In this document: in pieces, positions 38,801 to 54,100 of the stretch | How the letters are laid out: every line of letters begins with the position of its first letter | Numbering within the stretch: position 1 is the first letter of the stretch | Source of the DNA: Auanema rhodensis | Taxonomy: Eukaryota; Animalia; Nematoda | Assembly: GCA_964057225.1 (NCBI GenBank) | Contig: OZ059900.1 | Span: forward strand, 2,914,001 to 2,978,000 | Length of the DNA stretch: 64,000 nucleotides | Reading direction: 5' to 3' | Position numbers and translations under genes: made by a program | Notes under the pieces: model-generated | The model's database searches: none | The model's input: only the letters and a program-made list of their open reading frames with translations | Told to the model about the DNA's origin: nothing

Positions 38801-41800
38801 TGAAATTTACGAGTTTTGAGTCTAATTTGGCTAAATCGCTCATATATATGATCAGAAGCATAGTTTTTTTGTCTATGACAACAAAAGTCATTAGTTAAAC
38901 ACTAATGATGTTTAAATCACTAAATTTCGCTCAAATAGCATTACTACACTAAGTATGGTCGTTTTTATGCCTTTAACACCATATACTCACCGATTTTTGG
39001 TACAAAATCTGTAATACTCGTAAATTTTGATCATATTCGTTAAGATTTGAGAATCAAACATACAATACACAAAATCAGTCTATTTTTATGAGCTTGCACT
39101 GATATATATTCATTTTGATCAAAAAAGGTCGAAAATAGAAAGAATTTTTGAAATTTACGAGTTTTGAATCTAATTTGGCTAAATCGCTCATATATATGAT
39201 CAAAAGCATAGTTTTACTGTCTATGATAACAAAAGTCTTCAAATATACACTAATAATGATTTAATCACTGAATTTCACTCAAATAGCATTACTACACTAA
39301 GTATGGTCGTTTTTATGCCTTTAACACCATATACTCACCGATTTTTGGTACAAAATCTGTGATACTCGTAAATTTTGATCATATTCGGTGAGATTCGAGA
39401 ATCAAACACACAATACACGAAATAAGTTTATTTTTACGAGTTTGCACTGATATTTATTCATTTTGATCAAAAAAGGTCGAAAATAGAAAGAATTTTTGAA
39501 ATTTCCGAGTTTTGAGTCTAATTTGGCTAAATCGCTCATATATATGATCAAAAGCATAGTTTTACTGTCTATGATAACAAAAGTCTTCAAATATACACTA
39601 ATAATGTGTGAATCACTGAATTTAACTCAAATAGCATTACTACACTAAGTATGGTCGTTTTTATGCCTTTAACACCATATACTCACCGATTTTTGGTACA
39701 AAATCTGTGATACTCGTAAATTTTGATCATATTCGGTGAGATTCCAGAATCAAACACACAATACACGAAATAAGTTTATTTTTACGAGTTTGCACTGATA
39801 TTTATTCATTTTGATCAAAAAAGGTCGAAAATAGAAAGAATTTTTGAAATTTCCGAGTTTTGAGTCTAATTTGGCTAAATCGCTCATATATATGATCAAA
39901 AGCATAGTTTTATTGTCTATGACAACAAAAGTCATCAATTAAACGCTAGTGATGTTTAAATACTGAATTTCGCTCAAATAGCATTACTACACTAAGTATG
40001 GTCGTTTTTATGCCTTTAACACCATATACTCACCGATTTTTGGTACAAAATCTGTAATACTCGTAAATTTTGATCATATTCGTTAAGATTTGAGAATCAA
40101 ACATACAATACACAAAATCAGTCTATTTTTATGAGCTTGCACTGATATATATTCATTTTGATCAAAAAAGGTCGAAAATAGAAAGAATTTTTGAAATTTA
40201 CGAGTTTTGAGTCTAATTTGGCTAAATCGCTCATATATATGATCAGAAGCATAGTTTTGTTGTCTATGACAACGAAAGTCATTAATTAAACACTAATGAT
40301 GTTTAAATCACTAAATTTCGCTCAAATAGCATTACTACACTAAGTATGGTCGTTTTTATGCCTTTAACACCATATACTCACCGATTTTTGGTACAAAATC
40401 TGTAACACTCGTAAATTTTGATCATATTCGTTAAGATTTGAGAATCAAACATACAATACACAAAATCAGTCTATTTTTATGAGCTTGCACTGATATATAT
40501 TCATTTTGATCGAAAAAGGTCGAAAATAGAAAGAATTTTTGAAATTTCCGAGTTTTGAGTCTAATTTGGCTAAATCGCTCATATATATGATCAGAAGCAT
40601 AGTTTTATTGTATATGACAACGAAAGTCATTAATTAAACACTAATGATGTTTAAATCACTAAATTTCGCTCAAATAGCATTACTACACTAAGTATGGTCG
40701 TTTTTATGCCTTTAACACCATATACTCACCGATTTTTGGTACAAAATCTGTAATACTCGTAAATTTTGATCATATTCGTTAAGATTTGAGAATCAAACAC
40801 ACAATACACGAAATAAGTTTATTTTTACGAGTTTGCACTGATATTTATTCATTTTGATCAAAAAAGGTCGAAAATAGAAAGAATTTTTGAAATTTCCGAG
40901 TTTTGAGTCTAATTTGGCTAAATCGCTCATATATATGATCAAAAGCATAGTTTTACTGTCTATGATAACAAAAGTCTTCAAATATACACTAATGATGTGT
41001 AAATCACTGAATTTCACTCAAATAGCATTACTACACTAAGTATGGTCGTTTTTATGCCTTTAACACCATATACTCACCGATTTTTGGTACAAAATCTGTA
41101 ACACTCGTAAATTTTGATCATATTCGTTAAGATTTGAGAATCAAACATACAATACACAAAATCAGTCTATTTTTATGAGCTTGCACTGATATATATTCAT
41201 TTTGATCGAAAAAGGTCGAAAATAGAAAGAATTTTTGAAATTTACGAGTTTTGAGTCCAATTGGGCTAAATCGCTCATATATATGATCAGAAGCATAGTT
41301 TTACTGTCTATGATAACAAAAGTCTTCAAATATACACTAATAATGTGTAAATCACTGAATTTCACTCAAATAGCTTTACTACACTAAGTATGGTCGTTTT
41401 TATGCCTTTAACACCATATACTCACCGATTTTTGGTACAAAATCTGTAACACTCGTAAATTTTGATCATATTCGTTAAGATTTGAGAATCAAACATACAA
41501 TACACAAAATCAGTCTATTTTTATGAGCTTGCACTGATATATATTCATTTTGATCGAAAAAGGTCGAAAATAGAAAGAATTTTTGAAATTTACGAGTTTT
41601 GAGTCTAATTTGGCTAAATCGCTCATATATATGATCAGAAGCATAGTTTTTTTGTCTATGACAACAAAAGTCATTAGTTAAACACTAATGATGTTTAAAT
41701 CACTAAATTTCGCTCAAATAGCATTACTACACTAAGTATGGTCGTTTTTATGCCTTTAACACCATATACTCACCGATTTTTGGTACAAAATCTGTAATAC

Positions 41801-44800
41801 TCGTAAATTTTGATCATATTCGTTAAGATTTGAGAATCAAACATACAATACACAAAATCAGTCTATTTTTATGAGCTTGCACTGATATATATTCATTTTG
41901 ATCAAAAAAGGTCGAAAATAGAAAGAATTTTTGAAATTTACGAGTTTTGAATCTAATTTGGCTAAATCGCTCATATATATGATCAAAAGCATAGTTTTAC
42001 TGTCTATGATAACAAAAGTCTTCAAATATACACTAATAATGATTTAATCACTAAATTTCACTCAAATAGCATTACTACACTAAGTATGGTCGTTTTTATG
42101 CCTTTAACACCATATACTCACCGATTTTTGGTACAAAATCTGTGATACTCGTAAATTTTGATCATATTCGGTGAGATTCGAGAATCAAACACACAATACA
42201 CGAAATAAGTTTATTTTTACGAGTTTGCACTGATATTTATTCATTTTGATCAAAAAAGGTCGAAAATAGAAAGAATTTTTGAAATTTCCGAGTTTTGAGT
42301 CTAATTTGGCTAAATCGCTCATATATATGATCAAAAGCATAGTTTTACTGTCTATGATAACAAAAGTCTTCAAATATACACTAATAATGTGTAAATCACT
42401 GAATTTAACTCAAATAGCATTACTACACTAAGTATGGTCGTTTTTATGCCTTTAACACCATATACTCACCGATTTTTGGTACAAAATCTGTGATACTCGT
42501 AAATTTTGATCATATTCGGTGAGATTCCAGAATCAAACACACAATACACGAAATAAGTTTATTTTTACGAGTTTGCACTGATATTTATTCATTTTGATCA
42601 AAAAAGGTCGAAAATAGAAAGAATTTTTGAAATTTCCGAGTTTTGAGTCTAATTTGGCTAAATCGCTCATATATATGATCAAAAGCATAGTTTTATTGTC
42701 TATGACAACAAAAGTCATCAATTAAACGCTAGTGATGTTTAAATACTGAATTTCGCTCAAATAGCATTACTACACTAAGTATGGTCGTTTTTATGCCTTT
42801 AACACCATATACTCACCGATTTTTGGTACAAAATCTGTAATACTCGTAAATTTTGATCATATTCGTTAAGATTTGAGAATCAAACATACAATACACAAAA
42901 TCAGTCTATTTTTATGAGCTTGCACTGATATATATTCATTTTGATCAAAAAAGGTCGAAAATAGAAAGAATTTTTGAAATTTACGAGTTTTGAGTCTAAT
43001 TTGGCTAAATCGCTCATATATATGATCAGAAGCATAGTTTTATTGTCTATGACAACGAAAGTCATTAATTAAACACTAATGATGTTTAAATCACTAAATT
43101 TCGCTCAAATAGCATTACTACACTAAGTATGGTCGTTTTTATGCCTTTAACACCATATACTCACCGATTTTTGGTACAAAATCTGTAATACTCGTAAATT
43201 TTGATCATATTCGGTGAGATTTGAGAATCAAACATACAATACACAAAATCAGTCTATTTTTATGAGCTTGCACTGATATATATTCATTTTGATCAAAAAA
43301 GGTCGAAAATAGAAAGAATTTTTGAAATTTACGAGTTTTGAGTCTAATTTGGCTAAATCGCTCATATATATGATCAGAAGCATAGTTTTATTGTCTATGA
43401 CAACGAAAGTCATTAATTAAACACTAATGATGTTTAAATCACTAAATTTCGCTCAAATAGCATTACTACACTAAGTATGGTCGTTTTTATGCCTTTAACA
43501 CCATATACTCACCGATTTTTGGTACAAAATCTGTAATACTCGTAAATTTTGATCATATTCGGTGAGATTCGAGAATCAAACACACAATGCACGAAATAAG
43601 TTTATTTTGACGAGTTTGCACTGATATTTATTCATTTTGATCAAAAAAGGTCGAAAATAGAAAGAATTTTTGAATTTTCCGAGTTTTGAGTCCAATTGGG
43701 CTAAATCGCTCATATATATGATCAAAAGCATAGTTTTACTGTCTATGATAACAAAAGTCTTCAAATATACACTAATGATGTGTAAATCACTGAATTTCAC
43801 TCAAATAGCTTTACTACACTAAGTATGGTCGTTTTTATGCCTTTAACACCATATACTCACCGATTTTTGGTACAAAATCTGTAATACTCGTAAATTTTGA
43901 TCATATTCGGTGAGATTCGAGAATCAAACACACAATGCACGAAATAAGTTTATTTTGACGAGTTTGCACTGATATTTATTCATTTTGATCAAAAAAGGTC
44001 GAAAATAGAAAGAATTTTTGAATTTTCCGAGTTTTGAGTCCAATTGGGCTAAATCGCTCATATATATGATCAAAAGCATAGTTTTACTGTCTATGATAAC
44101 AAAAGTCTTCAAATATACACTAATGATGTGTAAATCACTGAATTTCACTCAAATAGCTTTACTACACTAAGTATGGTCGTTTTTATGCCTTTAACACCAT
44201 ATACTCACCGATTTTTGGTACAAAATCTGTAACACTCGTAAATTTTGATCATATTCGTTAAGATTTGAGAATCAAACATACAATACACAAAATCAGTCTA
44301 TTTTTATGAGCTTGCACTGATATATATTCATTTTGATCGAAAAAGGTCGAAAATAGAAAGAATTTTTGAAATTTACGAGTTTTGAGTCTAATTTGGCTAA
44401 ATCGCTCATATATATGATCAGAAGCATAGTTTTTTTGTCTATGACAACAAAAGTCATTAGTTAAACACTAATGATGTTTAAATCACTAAATTTCGCTCAA
44501 ATAGCATTACTACACTAAGTATGGTCGTTTTTATGCCTTTAACACCATATACTCACCGATTTTTGGTACAAAATCTGTAATACTCGTAAATTTTGATCAT
44601 ATTCGTTAAGATTTGAGAATCAAACATACAATACACAAAATCAGTCTATTTTTATGAGCTTGCACTGATATATATTCATTTTGATCAAAAAAGGTCGAAA
44701 ATAGAAAGAATTTTTGAAATTTACGAGTTTTGAATCTAATTTGGCTAAATCGCTCATATATATGATCAAAAGCATAGTTTTACTGTCTATGATAACAAAA

Positions 44801-47800
44801 GTCTTCAAATATACACTAATAATGATTTAATCACTGAATTTCACTCAAATAGCATTACTACACTAAGTATGGTCGTTTTTATGCCTTTAACACCATATAC
44901 TCACCGATTTTTGGTACAAAATCTGTGATACTCGTAAATTTTGATCATATTCGGTGAGATTTGAGAATCAAACACACAATACACGAAATAAGTTTATTTT
45001 TACGAGTTTGCACTGATATTTATTCATTTTGATCAAAAAAGGTCGAAAATAGAAAGAATTTTTGAAATTTCCGAGTTTTGAGTCTAATTTGGCTAAATCG
45101 CTCATATATATGATCAAAAGCATAGTTTTACTGTCTATGATAACAAAAGTCTTCAAATATACACTAATAATGTGTGAATCACTGAATTTAACTCAAATAG
45201 CATTACTACACTAAGTATGGTCGTTTTTATGCCTTTAACACCATATACTCACCGATTTTTGGTACAAAATCTGTGATACTCGTAAATTTTGATCATATTC
45301 GGTGAGATTCCAGAATCAAACACACAATACACGAAATAAGTTTATTTTTACGAGTTTGCACTGATATTTATTCATTTTGATCAAAAAAGGTCGAAAATAG
45401 AAAGAATTTTTGAAATTTCCGAGTTTTGAGTCTAATTTGGCTAAATCGCTCATATATATGATCAAAAGCATAGTTTTATTGTCTATGACAACAAAAGTCA
45501 TCAATTAAACGCTAGTGATGTTTAAATACTGAATTTCGCTCAAATAGCATTACTACACTAAGTATGGTCGTTTTTATGCCTTTAACACCATATACTCACC
45601 GATTTTTGGTACAAAATCTGTAATACTCGTAAATTTTGATCATATTCGTTAAGATTTGAGAATCAAACATACAATACACAAAATCAGTCTATTTTTATGA
45701 GCTTGCACTGATATATATTCATTTTGATCAAAAAAGGTCGAAAATAGAAAGAATTTTTGAAATTTACGAGTTTTGAGTCTAATTTGGCTAAATCGCTCAT
45801 ATATATGATCAGAAGCATAGTTTTATTGTCTATGACAACGAAAGTCATTAATTAAACACTAATGATGTTTAAATCACTAAATTTCGCTCAAATAGCATTA
45901 CTACACTAAGTATGGTCGTTTTTATGCCTTTAACACCATATACTCACCGATTTTTGGTACAAAATCTGTAATACTCGTAAATTTTGATCATATTCGGTGA
46001 GATTCGAGAATCAAACACACAATGCACGAAATAAGTTTATTTTGACGAGTTTGCACTGATATTTATTCATTTTGATCAAAAAAGGTCGAAAATAGAAAGA
46101 ATTTTTGAATTTTCCGAGTTTTGAGTCTAATTTGGCTAAATCGCTCATATATATGATCAAAAGCATAGTTTTATTGTCTATGACAACAAAAGTCATCAAT
46201 TAAACGCTAGTGATGTTTAAATACTGAATTTCGCTCAAATAGCATTACTACACTAAGTATGGTCGTTTTTATGCCTTTAACACCATATACTCACCGATTT
46301 TTGGTACAAAATCTGTAATACTCGTAAATTTTGATCATATTCGGTGAGATTCGAGAATCAAACATACAATACACAAAATAAGTTTATTTTGACGAGTTTG
46401 CACTGATATATATTCATTTTGATCAAAAAAGGTCGAAAATAGAAAGAATTTTTGAATTTTCCGAGTTTTGAGTCCAATTGGGCTAAATCGCTCATATATA
46501 TGATCAAAAGCATAGTTTTACTGTCTATGATAACAAAAGTCTTCAAATATACACTAATGATGTGTAAATCACTGAATTTCACTCAAATAGCTTTACTACA
46601 CTAAGTATGGTCGTTTTTATGCCTTTAACACCATATACTCACCGATTTTTGGTACAAAATCTGTAACACTCGTAAATTTTGATCATATTCGTTAAGATTT
46701 GAGAATCAAACATACAATACACAAAATCAGTCTATTTTTATGAGCTTGCACTGATATATATTCATTTTGATCGAAAAAGGTCGAAAATAGAAAGAATTTT
46801 TGAAATTTACGAGTTTTGAGTCTAATTTGGCTAAATCGCTCATATATATGATCAGAAGCATAGTTTTTTTGTCTATGACAACAAAAGTCATTAGTTAAAC
46901 ACTAATGATGTTTAAATCACTAAATTTCGCTCAAATAGCATTACTACACTAAGTATGGTCGTTTTTATGCCTTTAACACCATATACTCACCGATTTTTGG
47001 TACAAAATCTGTAATACTCGTAAATTTTGATCATATTCGTTAAGATTTGAGAATCAAACATACAATACACAGAATCAGTCTATTTTTATGAGCTTGCACT
47101 GATATATATTCATTTTGATCAAAAAAGGTCGAAAATAGAAAGAATTTTTGAAATTTACGAGTTTTGAATCTAATTTGGCTAAATCGCTCATATATATGAT
47201 CAAAAGCATAGTTTTACTGTCTATGATAACAAAAGTCTTCAAATATACACTAATAATGATTTAATCACTAAATTTCACTCAAATAGCATTACTACACTAA
47301 GTATGGTCGTTTTTATGCCTTTAACACCATATACTCACCGATTTTTGGTACAAAATCTGTGATACTCGTAAATTTTGATCATATTCGGTGAGATTCGAGA
47401 ATCAAACACACAATACACGAAATAAGTTTATTTTTACGAGTTTGCACTGATATTTATTCATTTTGATCAAAAAAGGTCGAAAATAGAAAGAATTTTTGAA
47501 ATTTCCGAGTTTTGAGTCTAATTTGGCTAAATCGCTCATATATATGATCAAAAGCATAGTTTTACTGTCTATGATAACAAAAGTCTTCAAATATACACTA
47601 ATAATGTGTAAATCACTGAATTTAACTCAAATAGCATTACTACACTAAGTATGGTCGTTTTTATGCCTTTAACACCATATACTCACCGATTTTTGGTACA
47701 AAATCTGTGATACTCGTAAATTTTGATCATATTCGGTGAGATTCCAGAATCAAACACACAATACACGAAATAAGTTTATTTTTACGAGTTTGCACTGATA

Positions 47801-50800
47801 TTTATTCATTTTGATCAAAAAAGGTCGAAAATAGAAAGAATTTTTGAAATTTCCGAGTTTTGAGTCTAATTTGGCTAAATCGCTCATATATATGATCAAA
47901 AGCATAGTTTTATTGTCTATGACAACAAAAGTCATCAATTAAACGCTAGTGATGTTTAAATACTGAATTTCGCTCAAATAGCATTACTACACTAAGTATG
48001 GTCGTTTTTATGCCTTTAACACCATATACTCACCGATTTTTGGTACAAAATCTGTAATACTCGTAAATTTTGATCATATTCGTTAAGATTTGAGAATCAA
48101 ACATACAATACACAAAATCAGTCTATTTTTATGAGCTTGCACTGATATATATTCATTTTGATCAAAAAAGGTCGAAAATAGAAAGAATTTTTGAAATTTA
48201 CGAGTTTTGAGTCTAATTTGGCTAAATCGCTCATATATATGATCAGAAGCATAGTTTTATTGTCTATGACAACGAAAGTCATTAATTAAACACTAATGAT
48301 GTTTAAATCACTAAATTTCGCTCAAATAGCATTACTACACTAAGTATGGTCGTTTTTATGCCTTTAACACCATATACTCACCGATTTTTGGTACAAAATC
48401 TGTAATACTCGTAAATTTTGATCATATTCGGTGAGATTTGAGAATCAAACATACAATACACAAAATCAGTCTATTTTTATGAGCTTGCACTGATATATAT
48501 TCATTTTGATCAAAAAAGGTCGAAAATAGAAAGAATTTTTGAAATTTACGAGTTTTGAGTCTAATTTGGCTAAATCGCTCATATATATGATCAGAAGCAT
48601 AGTTTTATTGTCTATGACAACGAAAGTCATTAATTAAACACTAATGATGTTTAAATCACTAAATTTCGCTCAAATAGCATTACTACACTAAGTATGGTCG
48701 TTTTTATGCCTTTAACACCATATACTCACCGATTTTTGGTACAAAATCTGTAATACTCGTAAATTTTGATCATATTCGGTGAGATTCGAGAATCAAACAC
48801 ACAATGCACGAAATAAGTTTATTTTGACGAGTTTGCACTGATATTTATTCATTTTGATCAAAAAAGGTCGAAAATAGAAAGAATTTTTGAATTTTCCGAG
48901 TTTTGAGTCCAATTGGGCTAAATCGCTCATATATATGATCAAAAGCATAGTTTTACTGTCTATGATAACAAAAGTCTTCAAATATACACTAATGATGTGT
49001 AAATCACTGAATTTCACTCAAATAGCTTTACTACACTAAGTATGGTCGTTTTTATGCCTTTAACACCATATACTCACCGATTTTTGGTACAAAATCTGTA
49101 ATACTCGTAAATTTTGATCATATTCGGTGAGATTCGAGAATCAAACACACAATGCACGAAATAAGTTTATTTTGACGAGTTTGCACTGATATTTATTCAT
49201 TTTGATCAAAAAAGGTCGAAAATAGAAAGAATTTTTGAATTTTCCGAGTTTTGAGTCCAATTGGGCTAAATCGCTCATATATATGATCAAAAGCATAGTT
49301 TTACTGTCTATGATAACAAAAGTCTTCAAATATACACTAATGATGTGTAAATCACTGAATTTCACTCAAATAGCTTTACTACACTAAGTATGGTCGTTTT
49401 TATGCCTTTAACACCATATACTCACCGATTTTTGGTACAAAATCTGTAACACTCGTAAATTTTGATCATATTCGTTAAGATTTGAGAATCAAACATACAA
49501 TACACAAAATCAGTCTATTTTTATGAGCTTGCACTGATATATATTCATTTTGATCGAAAAAGGTCGAAAATAGAAAGAATTTTTGAAATTTACGAGTTTT
49601 GAGTCTAATTTGGCTAAATCGCTCATATATATGATCAGAAGCATAGTTTTTTTGTCTATGACAACAAAAGTCATTAGTTAAACACTAATGATGTTTAAAT
49701 CACTAAATTTCGCTCAAATAGCATTACTACACTAAGTATGGTCGTTTTTATGCCTTTAACACCATATACTCACCGATTTTTGGTACAAAATCTGTAATAC
49801 TCGTAAATTTTGATCATATTCGTTAAGATTTGAGAATCAAACATACAATACACAAAATCAGTCTATTTTTATGAGCTTGCACTGATATATATTCATTTTG
49901 ATCAAAAAAGGTCGAAAATAGAAAGAATTTTTGAAATTTACGAGTTTTGAATCTAATTTGGCTAAATCGCTCATATATATGATCAAAAGCATAGTTTTAC
50001 TGTCTATGATAACAAAAGTCTTCAAATATACACTAATAATGATTTAATCACTGAATTTCACTCAAATAGCATTACTACACTAAGTATGGTCGTTTTTATG
50101 CCTTTAACACCATATACTCACCGATTTTTGGTACAAAATCTGTGATACTCGTAAATTTTGATCATATTCGGTGAGATTCGAGAATCAAACACACAATACA
50201 CGAAATAAGTTTATTTTTACGAGTTTGCACTGATATTTATTCATTTTGATCAAAAAAGGTCGAAAATAGAAAGAATTTTTGAAATTTCCGAGTTTTGAGT
50301 CTAATTTGGCTAAATCGCTCATATATATGATCAAAAGCATAGTTTTACTGTCTATGATAACAAAAGTCTTCAAATATACACTAATAATGTGTGAATCACT
50401 GAATTTAACTCAAATAGCATTACTACACTAAGTATGGTCGTTTTTATGCCTTTAACACCATATACTCACCGATTTTTGGTACAAAATCTGTGATACTCGT
50501 AAATTTTGATCATATTCGGTGAGATTCCAGAATCAAACACACAATACACGAAATAAGTTTATTTTTACGAGTTTGCACTGATATTTATTCATTTTGATCA
50601 AAAAAGGTCGAAAATAGAAAGAATTTTTGAAATTTCCGAGTTTTGAGTCTAATTTGGCTAAATCGCTCATATATATGATCAAAAGCATAGTTTTATTGTC
50701 TATGACAACAAAAGTCATCAATTAAACGCTAGTGATGTTTAAATACTGAATTTCGCTCAAATAGCATTACTACACTAAGTATGGTCGTTTTTATGCCTTT

Positions 50801-51121
50801 AACACCATATACTCACCGATTTTTGGTACAAAATCTGTAATACTCGTAAATTTTGATCATATTCGTTAAGATTTGAGAATCAAACATACAATACACAAAA
50901 TCAGTCTATTTTTATGAGCTTGCACTGATATATATTCATTTTGATCAAAAAAGGTCGAAAATAGAAAGAATTTTTGAAATTTACGAGTTTTGAGTCTAAT
51001 TTGGCTAAATCGCTCATATATATGATCAGAAGCATAGTTTTATTGTCTATGACAACGAAAGTCATTAATTAAACACTAATGATGTTTAAATCACTAAATT
51101 TCGCTCAAATAGCATTACTAC
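35817..51121 (+). repeat. 8-monomer higher-order repeat, 2783-bp period (one 7-monomer copy of 2434 bp), nested in a 4522-bp block present three times (M104-M147)
   Basis: GATTCCAGAATC marker at ~36961, 39744, 42527, 45310, 47744 and 50527. The TGTAACACTC+GATCGAAA, TTTGAATCTA and GAATTTAACTC markers recur in fixed order in each unit. Confidence 0.92.
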
Positions 51122-54100
51122 ACTAAGTATGGTCGTTTTTATGCCTTTAACACCATATACTCACCGATTTTTGGTACAAAATCTGTAATACTCGTAAATT
51201 TTGATCATATTCGGTGAGATTCGAGAATCAAACACACAATGCACGAAATAAGTTTATTTTGACGAGTTTGCACTGATATTTATTCATTTTGATCAAAAAA
51301 GGTCGAAAATAGAAAGAATTTTTGAATTTTCCGAGTTTTGAGTCCAATTGGGCTAAATCGCTCATATATATGATCAAAAGCATAGTTTTACTGTCTATGA
51401 TAACAAAAGTCTTCAAATATACACTAATGATGTGTAAATCACTGAATTTCACTCAAATAGCATTACTACACTAAGTATGGTCGTTTTTATGCCTTTAACA
51501 CCATATACTCACCGATTTTTGGTACAAAATCTGTGATACTCGTAAATTTTGATCATATTCGGTGAGATTCGAGAATCAAACACACAATGCACGAAATAAG
51601 TTTATTTTGACGAGTTTGCACTGATATTTATTCATTTTGATCAAAAAAGGTCGAAAATAGAAAGAATTTTTGAATTTTCCGAGTTTTGAGTCCAATTGGG
51701 CTAAATCGCTCATATATATGATCAAAAGCATAGTTTTACTGTCTATGATAACAAAAGTCTTCAAATATACACTAATGATGTGTAAATCACTGAATTTCAC
51801 TCAAATAGCTTTACTACACTAAGTATGGTCGTTTTTATGCCTTTAACACCATATACTCACCGATTTTTGGTACAAAATCTGTAATACTCGTAAATTTTGA
51901 TCATATTCGGTGAGATTCGAGAATCAAACATACAATACACAAAATCAGTCTATTTTTATGAGCTTGCACTGATATATATTCATTTTGATCAAAAAAGGTC
52001 GAAAATAGAAAGAATTTTTGAAATTTACGAGTTTTGAGTCTAATTTGGCTAAATCGCTCATATATATGATCAGAAGCATAGTTTTATTGTCTATGACAAC
52101 GAAAGTCATTAATTAAACACTAATGATGTTTAAATCACTAAATTTCGCTCAAATAGCATTACTACACTAAGTATGGTCGTTTTTATGCCTTTAACACCAT
52201 ATACTCACCGATTTTTGGTACAAAATCTGTAATACTCGTAAATTTTGATCATATTCGGTGAGATTCGAGAATCAAACACACAATGCACGAAATAAGTTTA
52301 TTTTGACGAGTTTGCACTGATATTTATTCATTTTGATCAAAAAAGGTCGAAAATAGAAAGAATTTTTGAATTTTCCGAGTTTTGAGTCCAATTGGGCTAA
52401 ATCGCTCATATATATGATCAAAAGCATAGTTTTACTGTCTATGATAACAAAAGTCTTCAAATATACACTAATGATGTGTAAATCACTGAATTTCACTCAA
52501 ATAGCTTTACTACACTAAGTATGGTCGTTTTTATGCCTTTAACACCATATACTCACCGATTTTTGGTACAAAATCTGTAATACTCGTAAATTTTGATCAT
52601 ATTCGTTAAGATTTGAGAATCAAACATACAATACACAAAATCAGTCTATTTTTATGAGCTTGCACTGATATATATTCATTTTGATCAAAAAAGGTCGAAA
52701 ATAGAAAGAATTTTTGAAATTTACGAGTTTTGAGTCTAATTTGGCTAAATCGCTCATATATATGATCAGAAGCATAGTTTTATTGTCTATGACAACGAAA
52801 GTCATTAATTAAACACTAATGATGTTTAAATCACTAAATTTCGCTCAAATAGCATTACTACACTAAGTATGGTCGTTTTTATGCCTTTAACACCATATAC
52901 TCACCGATTTTTGATACAAAATCTGTAATACTCGTAAATTTTGATCATATTCGGTGAGATTCGAGAATCAAACACATAATACACGAAATAAGTCTAGTTT
53001 TATGAGTTTGCACTGATATTTATTCATTTTGATCAAAAAAGGTCGAAAATAGAAAGAATTTTTGAATTTTCCGAGTTTTGAGTCCAATTGGGCTAAATCG
53101 CTCATATATATGATCAAAAGCATAGTTTTACTGTCTATGATAACAAAAGTCTTCAAATATACACTAATGATGTGTAAATCACTGAATTTCACTCAAATAG
53201 CTTTACTACACTAAGTATGGTCGTTTTTATGCCTTTAACACCATATACTCACCGATTTTTGGTACAAAATCTGTAATACTCGTAAATTTTGATCATATTC
53301 GTTAAGATTTGAGAATCAAACATACAATACACAAAATCAGTCTATTTTTATGAGCTTGCACTGATATATATTCATTTTGATCAAAAAAGGTCGAAAATAG
53401 AAAGAATTTTTGAAATTTCCGAGTTTTGAGTCTAATTTGGCTAAATCGCTCATATATATGATCAAAAGCATAGTTTTATTGTCTATGACAACAAAAGTCA
53501 TCAATTAAACGCTAGTGATGTTTAAATACTGAATTTCGCTCAAATAGCATTACTACACTAAGTATGGTCGTTTTTATGCCTTTAACACCATATACTCAAC
53601 GATTTTTGTTACAAAATCTGTAATACTCGTAAATTTTGATCATATTCGTTAAGATTTGAGAATCAAACATACAATACACAAAATCAGTCTATTTTTATGA
53701 GCTTGCACTGATATATATTCACTTTGATCAAAAAAGGTCGAAAATAGAAAGAATTTTTGAAATTTCCGAGTTTTGAGTCTAATTTGGCTAAATCGCTCAT
53801 ATACATGATCAGAAGCATAGTTTTATTGTCTATGACAACAAAAGTCATTAATTAAACACTAATGATGTTTAAATCACTAAATTTCGCTCAAATAGCATTA
53901 CTACACTAAGTATGGTCGTTTTTATGCCTTTAACACCATATACTCAACGATTTTTGGTACAAAATCTGTAATACTCGTAAATTTTGATCATATTCGTTAA
54001 GATTTGAGAATCAAACATACAATACACAAAATCAGTCTATTTTTATGAGCTTGCACTGATATATATTCATTTTGATCAAAAAAGGTCGAAAATAGAAAGA

